Assembly: GCA_963767005.1 (NCBI GenBank)
Contig: CAVYCN010000015.1
Span: 1-38,897, forward strand
Source: an uncultured Actinomycetes bacterium
Lineage (GTDB): Bacteria; Actinomycetota; Thermoleophilia; UBA2241
Direction of reading: 5' to 3'
DNA: 38,897 nt
Below the pieces are notes generated by a model that was not told the origin of the DNA, ran no database searches, and saw nothing but the letters and a program-made list of their open reading frames with translations. The position numbers and the translations under genes are program-made. Below are positions 7,850-17,035 of the stretch, one piece after another; within the stretch, counting starts at the first letter, position 1; every line of letters starts with the position of its first letter.

Positions 7850-9856
7850 TTACCGTCGTTTGTGCTTGCCCGTCGAGTGGCCCGGCGGCGGCCGGCGCGG
7901 TCCGTGGGCCGAGGTCGCCGCGCCGGGACGGCGCGGCACCGGCCGGGTGCGCTCCCGCTGCGGCCGCGCGTCGTCGCCCTCGCCGGGCACGCCGGCCGGC
8001 AGGAGCTCGACCTTGCCGCTGACCCGATCGACGCGCACGACGCGTACCCGGATGCGGTCGCCCAGCCGGTAGCGACGGCCGCTCGAGCCCACGAGCGCGG
8101 TACCGAAGCGGCTCTCGGTGAGATACTCGCCGCCCAGGTGGCGGATGGGGATGAAGCCCTCGAAGGAGCCGCCGAAGTGCACGAAGGCGCCGCCGCCGAT
8201 CAGCCCGACGATCTCGCCGTCGAACTCGCTGTCCCAGCCCTCGTCGTGCAGGCGGCGCTCGAGCAGGAAGGCGAGGGCGATGTCGTCGGCGGTGAGCTCG
8301 AGCTTGGCGATCGTGCGCTCCATGGTCGAGCAGCGTGCGGCGACGTCGACGAGCTCGCCGGGATCGAGCTCGACGCCGTCGTCGCCGAGCCGCGCGAGCA
8401 GGGCGCGGTGCACGACGAGGTCGGGGTAGCGGCGGATCGGCGAGGTGAAGTGCAGATAGCCGACGCTCGCCAGGCCGAAGTGACCGAGGTTCTCGGGGTC
8501 GTAGCGCGCCTGCTTGAGCGAGCGCAGCAGGAGCTGCGGAAACGCGAGACGGCCGCGCCGCTCGCGCGCGCTCACCGTGGGCAGCGTCGCCGACAGGCGC
8601 CGCAGCGCGGCCGCGACGTCGGCGTCGGTCGCGGCGTGACCGGTCGGGAACGGCGGCGTCGGCACGTCGAGCTCGGCCATGGCGTCGAGCAGGGCCTCGG
8701 TCGCGGCCGGATCGGGCGGCTCGTGCACGCGATAGACGGCGCGCGCGTGGCGCGCCGACAGGAACTGGGCGACCGCCTCGTTCGCGGCCAGCATAAACTC
8801 CTCGACGAGACTGTGCGACGGGCTCGCGAGGCGCTCCTCAGCGGCCACCAGCTCGCCGCGAGCGTCGAAGCGGTACTCGGGCTCGAACGAGCCGATCTGC
8901 AGCGCGCCGCGCGCGAAGCGCGCGGCGCGCAGCTTGCCGGCGAGCTCGGCCGCGAGCAGCAGATGGTCGGCGAGCGCCCGCTCGATCTCGGGATCGCCGT
9001 CGCGTGGCCGCGGGCCGTCACCCCCGGCGGCAGGCCGTCCCGGAGCGCCGGCGGCCCCGTCGGCGGACCGTTCGGGAGCGCCGGGGGGAAAGTCGGGCGC
9101 GAGGCCCGGCGGCACGCGACCGGCCAGCACGCGGTCGACCTGACCGTAGGTGAGCCGGCGGTCGCTTGCGATCGTGGAGCGGTAGAAGGCGACCGAGCGG
9201 CGGCGACCGCCGGCCTCGAAGGAGAGCTCGACGGTCACCGTGCGGCGCGGCTCACCCTGGACCAGGCTGCAGACGCCCGACGACAGGGCCGGCGGCAGCA
9301 TGGGCTCCGCCCACAGCGGCAGGTAGAGGCTGGCGGTGCGGCGCCGCGCCTCGGTGTCGAGCGCGCCGCCCCGAGTCACGAAGAACGACACGTCGGCGAT
9401 GTGCACCCAGGCGCGGTAGCCGTCTGCGTCGACGCGCACCGAGATGGCGTCGTCGAAATCGCGCGCCGTGTCCGGGTCGATCGTGAAGGTGGGCAGCGCG
9501 GCGAGGTCGCGGCGCCCCGGCTCGGGGCGGCGGTCGTCGCCGGCGGCGACAGCCGCCGCCTCGTCTTCGACCTCGCCGGGAAACTCGCGCGGCACGCCAC
9601 CCGCCACCTCGAGGCCCTTGAGCACGGCGCGCAGATCGCGGGTCGTGCCCAGCACCTCGACGATCATCATGCGGTTGCGCCTGCCCGGCACGGCGAGCAC
9701 GACGTCGTCGACGTGCGGCGCGCGACCGCCGCGCGACACGAGGTAGCCGCGCTCGTCGCCGAACAGCGGCTCGAGCGCCCAGAACTTGCCCCAGCGCGCG
9801 ACGCGCGCGGCCAGCAGCGAGGGCGGCGGGGTGGGCAGGCGGTCCATGCTGGTCAT
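7850..9856 (-). CDS. rnr: RNase R / RNB-family 3'-5' exoribonuclease with C-terminal S1 domain
   Basis: TIDPDTARDFDDA, VHIADVS, LVEEFMLAANEAVA, GHFGLA and HFTSPIRRYPDLVVHR. Adjacent to smpB. Confidence 0.9.
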   Translation of the reverse strand: MTSMDRLPTPPPSLLAARVARWGKFWALEPLFGDERGYLVSRGGRAPHVDDVVLAVPGRRNRMMIVEVLGTTRDLRAVLKGLEVAGGVPREFPGEVEDEAAAVAAGDDRRPEPGRRDLAALPTFTIDPDTARDFDDAISVRVDADGYRAWVHIADVSFFVTRGGALDTEARRRTASLYLPLWAEPMLPPALSSGVCSLVQGEPRRTVTVELSFEAGGRRRSVAFYRSTIASDRRLTYGQVDRVLAGRVPPGLAPDFPPGAPERSADGAAGAPGRPAAGGDGPRPRDGDPEIERALADHLLLAAELAGKLRAARFARGALQIGSFEPEYRFDARGELVAAEERLASPSHSLVEEFMLAANEAVAQFLSARHARAVYRVHEPPDPAATEALLDAMAELDVPTPPFPTGHAATDADVAAALRRLSATLPTVSARERRGRLAFPQLLLRSLKQARYDPENLGHFGLASVGYLHFTSPIRRYPDLVVHRALLARLGDDGVELDPGELVDVAARCSTMERTIAKLELTADDIALAFLLERRLHDEGWDSEFDGEIVGLIGGGAFVHFGGSFEGFIPIRHLGGEYLTESRFGTALVGSSGRRYRLGDRIRVRVVRVDRVSGKVELLPAGVPGEGDDARPQRERTRPVPRRPGAATSAHGPRRPPPGHSTGKHKRR

Positions 9857-9969
9857 CCGTCCTTCCGGACCGGCGCCGGCCCCGGTCCCATGTCGGATGC
9901 CGGCGGCGCTCCTCGTCCGCTGATCGACTTCGTCGTCATCGCCCAGTCAGGGGTGGCTTCGCTGCGCGC

Positions 9970-11127
9970 CTAATGGCCGCTGGCGAGGTACAGGACGGCC
10001 CGGTCCAGCGCCTCGTCGCGCGCCGTCTTCGAGTCGTCGACGACGGCCACCGTCGGCGTGATCCCCTTGTGGTCGATGTCGCGGCCGTCGGGCGTGAGAT
10101 ACCCGGCCACGGTCATGTGCAGGGCCGCGCCTCCCGGCAGCGCGAAGTTGGCCTGGGCCACCGCTTTGCCGTAGGTGCGCTGACCGATGATGGTGGCGCG
10201 ATCGTGATCCTGCAGGGCGCCGGCCGTGATCTCGGACGCGCTCGCCGACCAGTGGTCGACGAGCACGACGAGCGGCAGCGTCGTGGCTGGACGGCCGCTC
10301 GCCCGGTAGACGCGCCGCGGATCGTGCAACCCCTGCGTCGAGACCACGACGCCGCCGCTCAGGAAGTCGCTCGCCACGGCCTGGGCCTCGCTGACGTAGC
10401 CGCCCAGGTCTTCGCGCAGGTCGAGCACAAAGGCGCGGGCGCCGCGGGCCTGCAGTGCGACGATGTCGCGTCGCACGGCGGCGCCCGCGCCCATCGAGAA
10501 GCTCGGCAGGGCGATGTAGCCGATCGTGAGGCCGCGACTGTGCAACAGCCGCGTCGCCGTCTCGGGCACGGCGATGCGCCGCCGCGTCATGGTGACGGAC
10601 CGCACGGTCGTCGTGCCGGCCGTCCGCACGCCGAGGACGACCGTGGTGCCGGCCGCCCCTCTGATGCGCGCCGCCGCGGCCTCGGCCGACTCGCCGTTCA
10701 GCGTCCGTCCGTCGACCGCCACGATCGTGTCGCCGGCGCGGATGCCGGCGGCCGCGGCCGGCGAGCCCGCGAACACGCGCGTGACGACCAGGGCGCCGGC
10801 GCGCGCCGCGAACTCGGCGCCCACCCCCGAGTACGCGCCCGACAGCGACTCGGCGAGGGCGCTGTTCTGGGCCGGCGTCAGGTAGACCGTGTAGGGGTCG
10901 TGCAGCGCGGCGAGCGTGGCGGTCACGCCGGCACGCTCGAGCTTGGCGGCGTCGACCGGCTTGTAGTAGTGCGCCTGCAGCTCGGCGAGGACCAGGGCCT
11001 CGAGCCCGCCGGCGCCGGTCGTCGCACCACCGCTCGACGCCCCCCGCAGCGTGTAGCCGGCCACGAAGGCGGCCAGCATGGCGAGCACGACGAGCAGGAC
11101 GGCGAGGATGACGAGGCGCGGGCGCAT
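9970..11127 (-). CDS. S41-family carboxyl-terminal processing protease (PDZ + S41)
   Basis: N-terminal membrane anchor, DPYTVY, PDZ (GSPAAAAGIRAGD), LDLREDLGG, SASASE (catalytic Ser) and TYGKA (Lys). Confidence 0.93.
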   Translation of the reverse strand: MRPRLVILAVLLVVLAMLAAFVAGYTLRGASSGGATTGAGGLEALVLAELQAHYYKPVDAAKLERAGVTATLAALHDPYTVYLTPAQNSALAESLSGAYSGVGAEFAARAGALVVTRVFAGSPAAAAGIRAGDTIVAVDGRTLNGESAEAAAARIRGAAGTTVVLGVRTAGTTTVRSVTMTRRRIAVPETATRLLHSRGLTIGYIALPSFSMGAGAAVRRDIVALQARGARAFVLDLREDLGGYVSEAQAVASDFLSGGVVVSTQGLHDPRRVYRASGRPATTLPLVVLVDHWSASASEITAGALQDHDRATIIGQRTYGKAVAQANFALPGGAALHMTVAGYLTPDGRDIDHKGITPTVAVVDDSKTARDEALDRAVLYLASGH

Positions 11128-11136
11128 GGGACGACC

Positions 11137-11166
11137 ATGGTAGTCCCCCGGTCGTCGCGCTTTCAA
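11137..11166 (-). promoter_or_regulatory. Putative promoter giving a (near-)leaderless S41 protease mRNA
   Basis: TTGAAA-N18-TACCAT-N9-ATG with no Shine-Dalgarno sequence. Confidence 0.45.
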
Positions 11167-11241
11167 GCCGGGGGCCAGCCGCGGCCGCCGGCGCTCACGC
11201 AGCGAGGGCGCCGGCGCCCCATCGGCACGGTCCCGCGCCGG

Positions 11242-12174
11242 TCAGACGCGCAGGTAGCGACGCAGCGCCAGGGCGCTGCCCAGAGCGCCCAGGCAGGCGC
11301 CCACGAGCACGAGCGTGGGCACCAGGCCGAGCGGCCAGGTGCCCGACTGAACGACGAGCGGGTACCTGATCGGCCGCAGGAAGTCGAGCTTGGAGCTGTG
11401 GATCCAGCTGTAGACGGCCCAGTTGGCGCCCCACACGGCGAGGGCGGCGACCAGCGAGCCGACGAGGCCGGTGATGAAGCCCTCGAGCACGAAAGGCCAG
11501 CGGATGAACCAGTTGGTCGCACCCACGAGCTGCATGATCTCGACCTCGCGCCGCCGCGCGAAGATCGACAGGCGGACGGTGGTCGAGGTGAGCAGGATGG
11601 CGGCCAGGGCGAAGAGGATGGTCACGACCCACATCGCCTTCTCGACCAGGTTCACGGTGCCGAGCAGGTTGCGCACGGTCTGCTTGGCGTAGCTCACGCC
11701 GTTGGTCGTGCCGGGGTCGTTGTCGACGTTGGGGTCGTTGAAGAACATCGCCGCCACGTGGTCGACCTGGTTGGGGTCCTTGACGAAGATCCGGAACGAG
11801 GCCGGCAGCGGGTTGTTCGTCAGGTTGCTGAGGATCTGGTCGGCGTTGGCGCCGAGCTGCCTGCGGAGCTCCTGCAGGGCCTGCGCCTGTGAGACATAGA
11901 CGTAGCGCTTGACCACACCCTGCGACTGGAGGCCGGCGATCTTGGTCTGCAGGGCGTCGATCGAGCTCTGCTGGGGCGGTGCGCCCTTGATGAAGACCTC
12001 GATCTCGACCCGGTTGGTGAGGTTGGTCGTGCCCTCGTGCAGGTTCTTGTCGGTCACCATGACGAGGCCGAGGATGGTCATGGTCACGAGCACGGTGAGC
12101 ACGCTCGCGATGGTCATCACCCAGTTGCGGCGCAGCGACTCGAGCGCCTCGGATAAGAAGAAGCTAAGCCTCAC
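11242..12174 (-). CDS. ftsX: Cell division permease-like protein FtsX
   Basis: EALESLRRNWVMTIAS, NPLPASF and TVRLSIFARRREVEIMQLVGATNWFIRWPFVLEG. Overlaps ftsE. Confidence 0.95.
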   Translation of the reverse strand: MRLSFFLSEALESLRRNWVMTIASVLTVLVTMTILGLVMVTDKNLHEGTTNLTNRVEIEVFIKGAPPQQSSIDALQTKIAGLQSQGVVKRYVYVSQAQALQELRRQLGANADQILSNLTNNPLPASFRIFVKDPNQVDHVAAMFFNDPNVDNDPGTTNGVSYAKQTVRNLLGTVNLVEKAMWVVTILFALAAILLTSTTVRLSIFARRREVEIMQLVGATNWFIRWPFVLEGFITGLVGSLVAALAVWGANWAVYSWIHSSKLDFLRPIRYPLVVQSGTWPLGLVPTLVLVGACLGALGSALALRRYLRV

Positions 12175-12850
12175 TGGCGTACACCCCCCGGCGCTCGTCG
12201 CGCACGAGCCGGCCACCGTCCAGGGCGATGACGCGGCGGCGCATGCGGTCGACCATCTCGCGATCGTGGGTGGCCACCACCACGGTGGTGCCGGTACGGT
12301 TGATGCGCAACAGGAGCTGCATGATGCCGATCGAGGTCTCGGGGTCGATGTTGCCGGTCGGCTCGTCGGCGAGCAGCAGCGGCGGATGGTTCACGAAGGC
12401 CCGGGCGACCGACACGCGCTGCTGCTCGCCGCCCGAGATCTCGTGCGGCAGGCTGTTGGTCTTGTCGGTGAGGCCCACCAGGTTGAGGATCTCGGGCACC
12501 TTGCGGCGGACCGAGCGGCGGTGCTCGCCGACGACCTCGAGCGCGTAGCCCACGTTCTCGTAGACCGTCTTGTTGGGCAGCAGCTTGAAGTCCTGAAAGA
12601 CGCAGCCGATGTTGCGCCGCAGGAGCGGCACCTTGCTGCGCCGCAGCGTCTGCAGGTTGCGGCCGGCCACCAGGATACGGCCATCGCTCGGCTCGAGCTG
12701 CTTGAGGACGAGCTTGATGAGCGTTGACTTGCCCGAGCCCGAAGGACCGACGAGAAAGACGAACTCGCCCTTCTCGATGTGGAACGTCGCGTCGACCATG
12801 CCCGGGACGTTCTGGTCGTACATCTTCGTGACGTGCTCGAAAACGATCAC
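12164..12850 (-). CDS. ftsE: Cell division ATP-binding protein FtsE
   Basis: GEFVFLVGPSGSGKST, VFQDFKLLPNKTVYENV, SGGEQQRVSVARA and ADEPTGNIDP. Confidence 0.96.
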   Translation of the reverse strand: MIVFEHVTKMYDQNVPGMVDATFHIEKGEFVFLVGPSGSGKSTLIKLVLKQLEPSDGRILVAGRNLQTLRRSKVPLLRRNIGCVFQDFKLLPNKTVYENVGYALEVVGEHRRSVRRKVPEILNLVGLTDKTNSLPHEISGGEQQRVSVARAFVNHPPLLLADEPTGNIDPETSIGIMQLLLRINRTGTTVVVATHDREMVDRMRRRVIALDGGRLVRDERRGVYASEA

Positions 12851-12918
12851 AAGGTCACCCTGTGGGCCGATGAGAATGGTCGCCGGAACGGCGAGGAGCG
12901 CTGCTCAGACACATGGGC

Positions 12919-12946
12919 ACTATAGGCTCCGGCTTGGGGAAGTCAA
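12919..12946 (-). promoter_or_regulatory. Putative sigma70 promoter for ftsEX
   Basis: TTGACT-N16-TATAGT about 70 nt upstream of ftsE. Confidence 0.6.
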
Positions 12947-13121
12947 CCTCGGACATCCCGGACAGATACTACCACGGCGGCCAAACCCCTTCCGCCGGGG
13001 CTGAACGGTTTTCGCCGGCCGGGGAGACGGAGACGGCCTGTACGACACGGTCCATCAGCGCGACGGACGCGCCCGCGGCGACAGCCGCCGGCGCCGTCGC
13101 GCCCGTTGCAGGAGGCGTCTC

Positions 13122-13505
13122 ATGACCAGCGGCAACAAGGGTTCGGTCAAGCCGCTCGGCAACCCCGACGACCACATCACGCGAGGCGGCGCCGAGATCG
13201 ACGTCGTGCGGCTCGGCGACCTCAAGGTCAAACGCACCACGATCCCGCCGGGCTGGCGGTTCTCGGAGGCCATGGGCGCGCCGCGCTGCCCTGACACCCA
13301 CGTCGGCTACACGATCGCCGGGCAGCTCGTGGTCGAGTTGCGCGACGGCACACAGCTCGAGCTGTCGGCCGGCGACGCCTTCATGATCCCCGCCGGCCAC
13401 GACGCCTACGTGATCGGCGATGAGCCCTTCGTGATGGTGCAGTTCGACGAGGGCGAGTCGGCCGCCAGCCGGTTCAACCTGCCGGCGCTCGAGCGGGCCG
13501 CCTGA
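13122..13505 (+). CDS. Cupin-domain protein
   Basis: GGAGG RBS. PGWRFSE..CPDTHVGY..AGDAFMIPAGHDAYVIGDEP. Confidence 0.88.
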   Translation: MTSGNKGSVKPLGNPDDHITRGGAEIDVVRLGDLKVKRTTIPPGWRFSEAMGAPRCPDTHVGYTIAGQLVVELRDGTQLELSAGDAFMIPAGHDAYVIGDEPFVMVQFDEGESAASRFNLPALERAA

Positions 13506-13590
13506 GGTCCGCGGGCGCAGCGGGTCGACCGGTTCGGGTGGCGCCGCGCCTGCGCGCCGACGGTCGCCGACCCGCAGCGCCCTTCCACGT

Positions 13591-13632
13591 GACGAGGGGG
13601 CGGCCGCCCGTGCGGGCGGCCGCCCCCTCGTC
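13591..13632. terminator. Perfect 20-bp inverted repeat between convergent genes (bidirectional terminator-like)
   Basis: GACGAGGGGGCGGCCGCCCG-TG-CGGGCGGCCGCCCCCTCGTC. Confidence 0.7.
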
Positions 13633-13652
13633 GTGCACGTGCCGTCTCGCCT

Positions 13653-13853
13653 TCAGGCTGCGAGCGTGAGGCTCTCCGGCTTGATCGACTTGCGGGTCTC
13701 GTCGCGCAGCTCGGGCGTGTCGGTCTCGCCGTGGACCGTCACCGCGTGGACGACGGCGGCGTCGACGAGATGCTCCTCGTCGCCGCTGCAGATCGTGATA
13801 TCGCAGTTGCTCTCGCTCGGGAAGTCCCGACAATCTACGCACTGACGCGCCAT
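13653..13853 (-). CDS. DUF1059-like small metal-binding protein
   Basis: DCRDFPSESNC...EEHLVDAAVVHAVTVHGETDTPELR pattern. Confidence 0.8.
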   Translation of the reverse strand: MARQCVDCRDFPSESNCDITICSGDEEHLVDAAVVHAVTVHGETDTPELRDETRKSIKPESLTLAA

Positions 13854-13994
13854 GGGTCTGCCCCCGTTGTCGTACCGCAGGACTGGTGCCTATGCGGGGC
13901 AGTTTCGCCCGTCCAGACGCTCACAAACCGTTACATCCAATCGGGTGAAAAGGCACCGGTGAACCGAGGGGCCAGCACCGCAGGCACGAAAGCA

Positions 13995-14034
13995 GGCGGC
14001 GGGGCGAGGGTCTTTCGACCCTCGCCCCGCCGCC
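13995..14034 (-). terminator. Intrinsic terminator of the amino-acid ABC operon
   Basis: 18-bp perfect stem with a GAAA loop on the minus strand, followed by TGCTTT, about 35 nt after the ATPase stop. Confidence 0.7.
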
Positions 14035-14067
14035 CGCCGGGACGCTGGCGCAGGAGACGCCCGTGCG

Positions 14068-14889
14068 CTAGGCGAGCACCTTCGACAGGAAGACCTTGGT
14101 GCGTTCTTCCTTCGGGTTGACCAGTACCTCGTTGGGCGGCCCGTGCTCGACGATCACGCCGCCATCCATGAGCGCGACGCCGTCGGCGACCTCTTTGGCG
14201 AAGCCGATCTCGTGCGTCACGACAACCATGGTCATGCCGTCGCGGGCGAGCTGCTTCATGACGTCGAGCACCTCGCCGACGAGCTCGGGGTCGAGCGCCG
14301 AGGTGGGCTCGTCGAAGAGCATCAGCTTGGGCTTCATGGCGAGGGCCCGGGCGATCGCCACGCGCTGCTGTTGGCCGCCCGAGAGCTGCCCGGGGTAGCC
14401 GTCGAGCTTGTCCTTGAGGCCAACGCGGGTGAGGAGCTCCTCGGCCTCCCGTTCGGCCTGCTTGCGCGGCAGGTGCTGCACGCGGACGGGGCACTCCATG
14501 ACGTTCTCTATCGCCGTCATATGGGGGAACAGGTTGAAGCGCTGGAAGACCATGCCGATCTTGGCGCGCTGTTTGGCGATGTCGTGGGCACGCATCTCGT
14601 GCAGCACGGTGCCGCGCTCGCGGTACCCCATGAGCTCGCCGTCGACCCAGAGCTTGCCGCCGTTGATCTTCTCGAGGTGGTTGATGCAACGCAGCAGCGT
14701 CGACTTGCCGCCGCCCGAAGGGCCGAGCAGCACGAAGGTGGCCTGCGGCGCCACCTCGAGACTCACGCCCTTGAGCACGTCGAGCGAGCCGAAGGACTTC
14801 CAGACCTGCTCGACCTTGACCATCGGCCCCGCGGTGGACGGCTGCGGGATGCCGATGAGGATGGACACGTTCTGGGGGCCGTCGCTCAT
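14068..14889 (-). CDS. Polar amino-acid ABC transporter ATP-binding protein (GlnQ family)
   Basis: [48 protein letters not shown] and [17 protein letters not shown]. Confidence 0.96.
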   Translation of the reverse strand: MSDGPQNVSILIGIPQPSTAGPMVKVEQVWKSFGSLDVLKGVSLEVAPQATFVLLGPSGGGKSTLLRCINHLEKINGGKLWVDGELMGYRERGTVLHEMRAHDIAKQRAKIGMVFQRFNLFPHMTAIENVMECPVRVQHLPRKQAEREAEELLTRVGLKDKLDGYPGQLSGGQQQRVAIARALAMKPKLMLFDEPTSALDPELVGEVLDVMKQLARDGMTMVVVTHEIGFAKEVADGVALMDGGVIVEHGPPNEVLVNPKEERTKVFLSKVLA

Positions 14890-15899
14890 ACCCCACCCCC
14901 CCGCGGTCTGCCCTTACTGTCGATGCTCTCGACAAGCGCCCTCCGGGCGCGCCGCTGGGCGCGTTTGTCGGCGCTCTCGGTGTTCGCCTGCCCGAACCCA
15001 CGGCCGTAATAGGCCTCGATGTAGTGCTGGGCGATCGTGAGCAGCGTGGTCACGAAGATGTACCAGGCGCTCGCCACGATCAGCAGCGGCATGACCAAGA
15101 AGTTCTGGGCGTATTGGGTCTGCATGCGCCCGAACAGCTCCACACCGCCGCCGAGCACGGCGAGCAGCGAGGTGGTCTTGAGCATGCTGATCGTCTCGTT
15201 GCCGAACGTCGGCACGATCACCCGCATGGCCTGCGGCAGCACGACACGCCGCATGATGAGCAGCGGCGACATGCCGAGCGACGACGCCGCCTCGGTCTGG
15301 CCGGGATCGACCGAGATGATGCCGGCGCGGACGAGCTCGGCCGCGTAGGCGGCCTCGTTCAACCCCAGGGCAAGGATGGCGACCACGATGAGGTTGTTGA
15401 CGAGCGGACCGCTACTCGTCGACCAGAAGGCGATACCGGTCAGCGGCAGCCCCACCACGAAGTGGCTGTAGAGCACGCCGATGTTGCCCCACAGCACGAT
15501 CTGCACGTACACCGGCGTGCCGCGGAAGAACCAGATATAGACCCACGAGACGGTCGACAGCACGTAGTTCTCGGAGAGCCGCATGACGGCCAGGACCGTG
15601 CCGCCCGCGCCACCGACGACCATCGCGGCGAACGTGAGGATGACCGTGTACTCGAGCCCGACCAGCGTGTAGCGCTTGAAGAGCCATTCCCAGACGGTCG
15701 ACCAGTCGGTGTTCGGGTTCTTGGTGAACGACACGAGCAGCGCGACGATCAGGTAGATCACAATGGCTGCGCCGAGCCACCTGCCCCAGTGACGGACCGG
15801 GATTGCCTTGACGACGTCGGGCCGGGCGGCGGCCGGCGGACCGCCGGCCGCCGCCCCCGAAGGCTCTACGGTCTCTCGCGACGGATCAGCGAGATCCAT
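14886..15899 (-). CDS. Polar amino-acid ABC transporter permease (HisM/GlnP family)
   Basis: [27 protein letters not shown] and [12 protein letters not shown]. Confidence 0.95.
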   Translation of the reverse strand: MDLADPSRETVEPSGAAAGGPPAAARPDVVKAIPVRHWGRWLGAAIVIYLIVALLVSFTKNPNTDWSTVWEWLFKRYTLVGLEYTVILTFAAMVVGGAGGTVLAVMRLSENYVLSTVSWVYIWFFRGTPVYVQIVLWGNIGVLYSHFVVGLPLTGIAFWSTSSGPLVNNLIVVAILALGLNEAAYAAELVRAGIISVDPGQTEAASSLGMSPLLIMRRVVLPQAMRVIVPTFGNETISMLKTTSLLAVLGGGVELFGRMQTQYAQNFLVMPLLIVASAWYIFVTTLLTIAQHYIEAYYGRGFGQANTESADKRAQRRARRALVESIDSKGRPRGGGV

Positions 15900-15903
15900 C
15901 GGG

Positions 15904-16884
15904 TCACGACGAGCCGACGCTCGAATGCGCCTTTGCGTAGGCCGGCCCGGCGTTGATCTGGGCCGAGGTCACGGGCAGCAGGCCGTACTTGTCGATGATG
16001 GTCTTGTAGGTGCCGTTGTCGATCAGCGACTGCAGCGCCTTCTGGACGGCCGTGACGAGCTGCGTGTTGCTCTTGAGGATGCCGATGCCGACCATCTGGG
16101 GCACGTAGCCGTTGGGCGCCGCCGGGTCGGACACGACCTCGTACAGGGTGCCGCCGCCGGCCGTCTTGGCGTTGTACTCAGCCGTCGAGTGGTCGGTGAG
16201 GTCGCCAACGGCGCGGCCGCTCTTGACGGCGAGCAGCGCGGCCGGCTGGTTCGGCAGCGCTAGGATGGTCATCTGCTTCTGGCCGCTGCTGGCGAAGCTC
16301 TTGTTCAGCGACGTGAGGAGGGCCTGCTGGGTGGTGCCGCTCTCACAGGCGACCGTCTTGCCGGCCAGGCTGTTCAGATTGGTGACGCCCTTGGGGTTGC
16401 CCTTCAGGACGACGATCGACGTGCCGTCGAGGGCGTAATCGACGAAGGTCAGGACCTTCTCGCGATCGGCGGCGTCGTACATGTCGGACATGGCCATGTC
16501 GCGCTTGCCGCCCTGGATCGCCAGGATGATGCTGTCGAAGGGCGTCTCCGTAAAGGCGACCTTGATGCCAAGCGCCTGCCCCAGGGCCTGCGAGAGGTCG
16601 TAGTCGAAGCCGGTCGGTTGCGTGCTGGTGCCGACGTAGCCCTCCCACGGCATGTACGGGATGTCGCTCGCCACGCGGATCTGGCCGGCGCTCACGATGG
16701 TCGCCGGCAGCAGCGAGTGCAGCGACGACGTGCTCGGGCTCGTGCTGCTCGACGAATTGTTGTTCGAGCTGCCGCACGCGGCCAGCACCAGCGCGACCGC
16801 GGCGAGCACGAGCACGGCGGCGACCGCCAGCACGACCCGGCGCCGCGCAGACCCACGCGACACCCCAACGAATGACACACTCAT
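15904..16884 (-). CDS. Polar amino-acid ABC transporter substrate-binding lipoprotein (SBP family 3)
   Basis: Lipobox LAAC, Ser-rich linker, PYMPWE, GFDYDL, FDSII and FVDY. Confidence 0.93.
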   Translation of the reverse strand: MSVSFVGVSRGSARRRVVLAVAAVLVLAAVALVLAACGSSNNNSSSSTSPSTSSLHSLLPATIVSAGQIRVASDIPYMPWEGYVGTSTQPTGFDYDLSQALGQALGIKVAFTETPFDSIILAIQGGKRDMAMSDMYDAADREKVLTFVDYALDGTSIVVLKGNPKGVTNLNSLAGKTVACESGTTQQALLTSLNKSFASSGQKQMTILALPNQPAALLAVKSGRAVGDLTDHSTAEYNAKTAGGGTLYEVVSDPAAPNGYVPQMVGIGILKSNTQLVTAVQKALQSLIDNGTYKTIIDKYGLLPVTSAQINAGPAYAKAHSSVGSS

Positions 16885-16983
16885 AGTCCAGCCCCCTTTC
16901 AGGCGCCGACCCGGCGCCTGCCTTTGATGATGCGCACACGATACTACGCTCACGACGGCGGGGACAGATGTTTCTCGGATACA

Positions 16984-17024
16984 CGAAGGCGAGCCTGCAC
17001 CGCAGCGGCGCAGGCTCGCCTTCG
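16984..17024 (-). terminator. Hairpin after the ammonia-lyase gene
   Basis: CGAAGGCGAGCCTGC...GCAGGCTCGCCTTCG, 15-bp perfect arms, 11 nt after the stop. Confidence 0.6.
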
Positions 17025-17035
17025 CGGAGCGCGGG

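Noticed and set aside
7244-9973. 909-aa plus-strand ORF, and similar long ORFs at 9973-11892, 21158-23536 and 35721-38777
   Set aside because: Antisense shadows of well-supported minus-strand genes. High GC3 suppresses stops in the mirror frame, and they contain no motifs.
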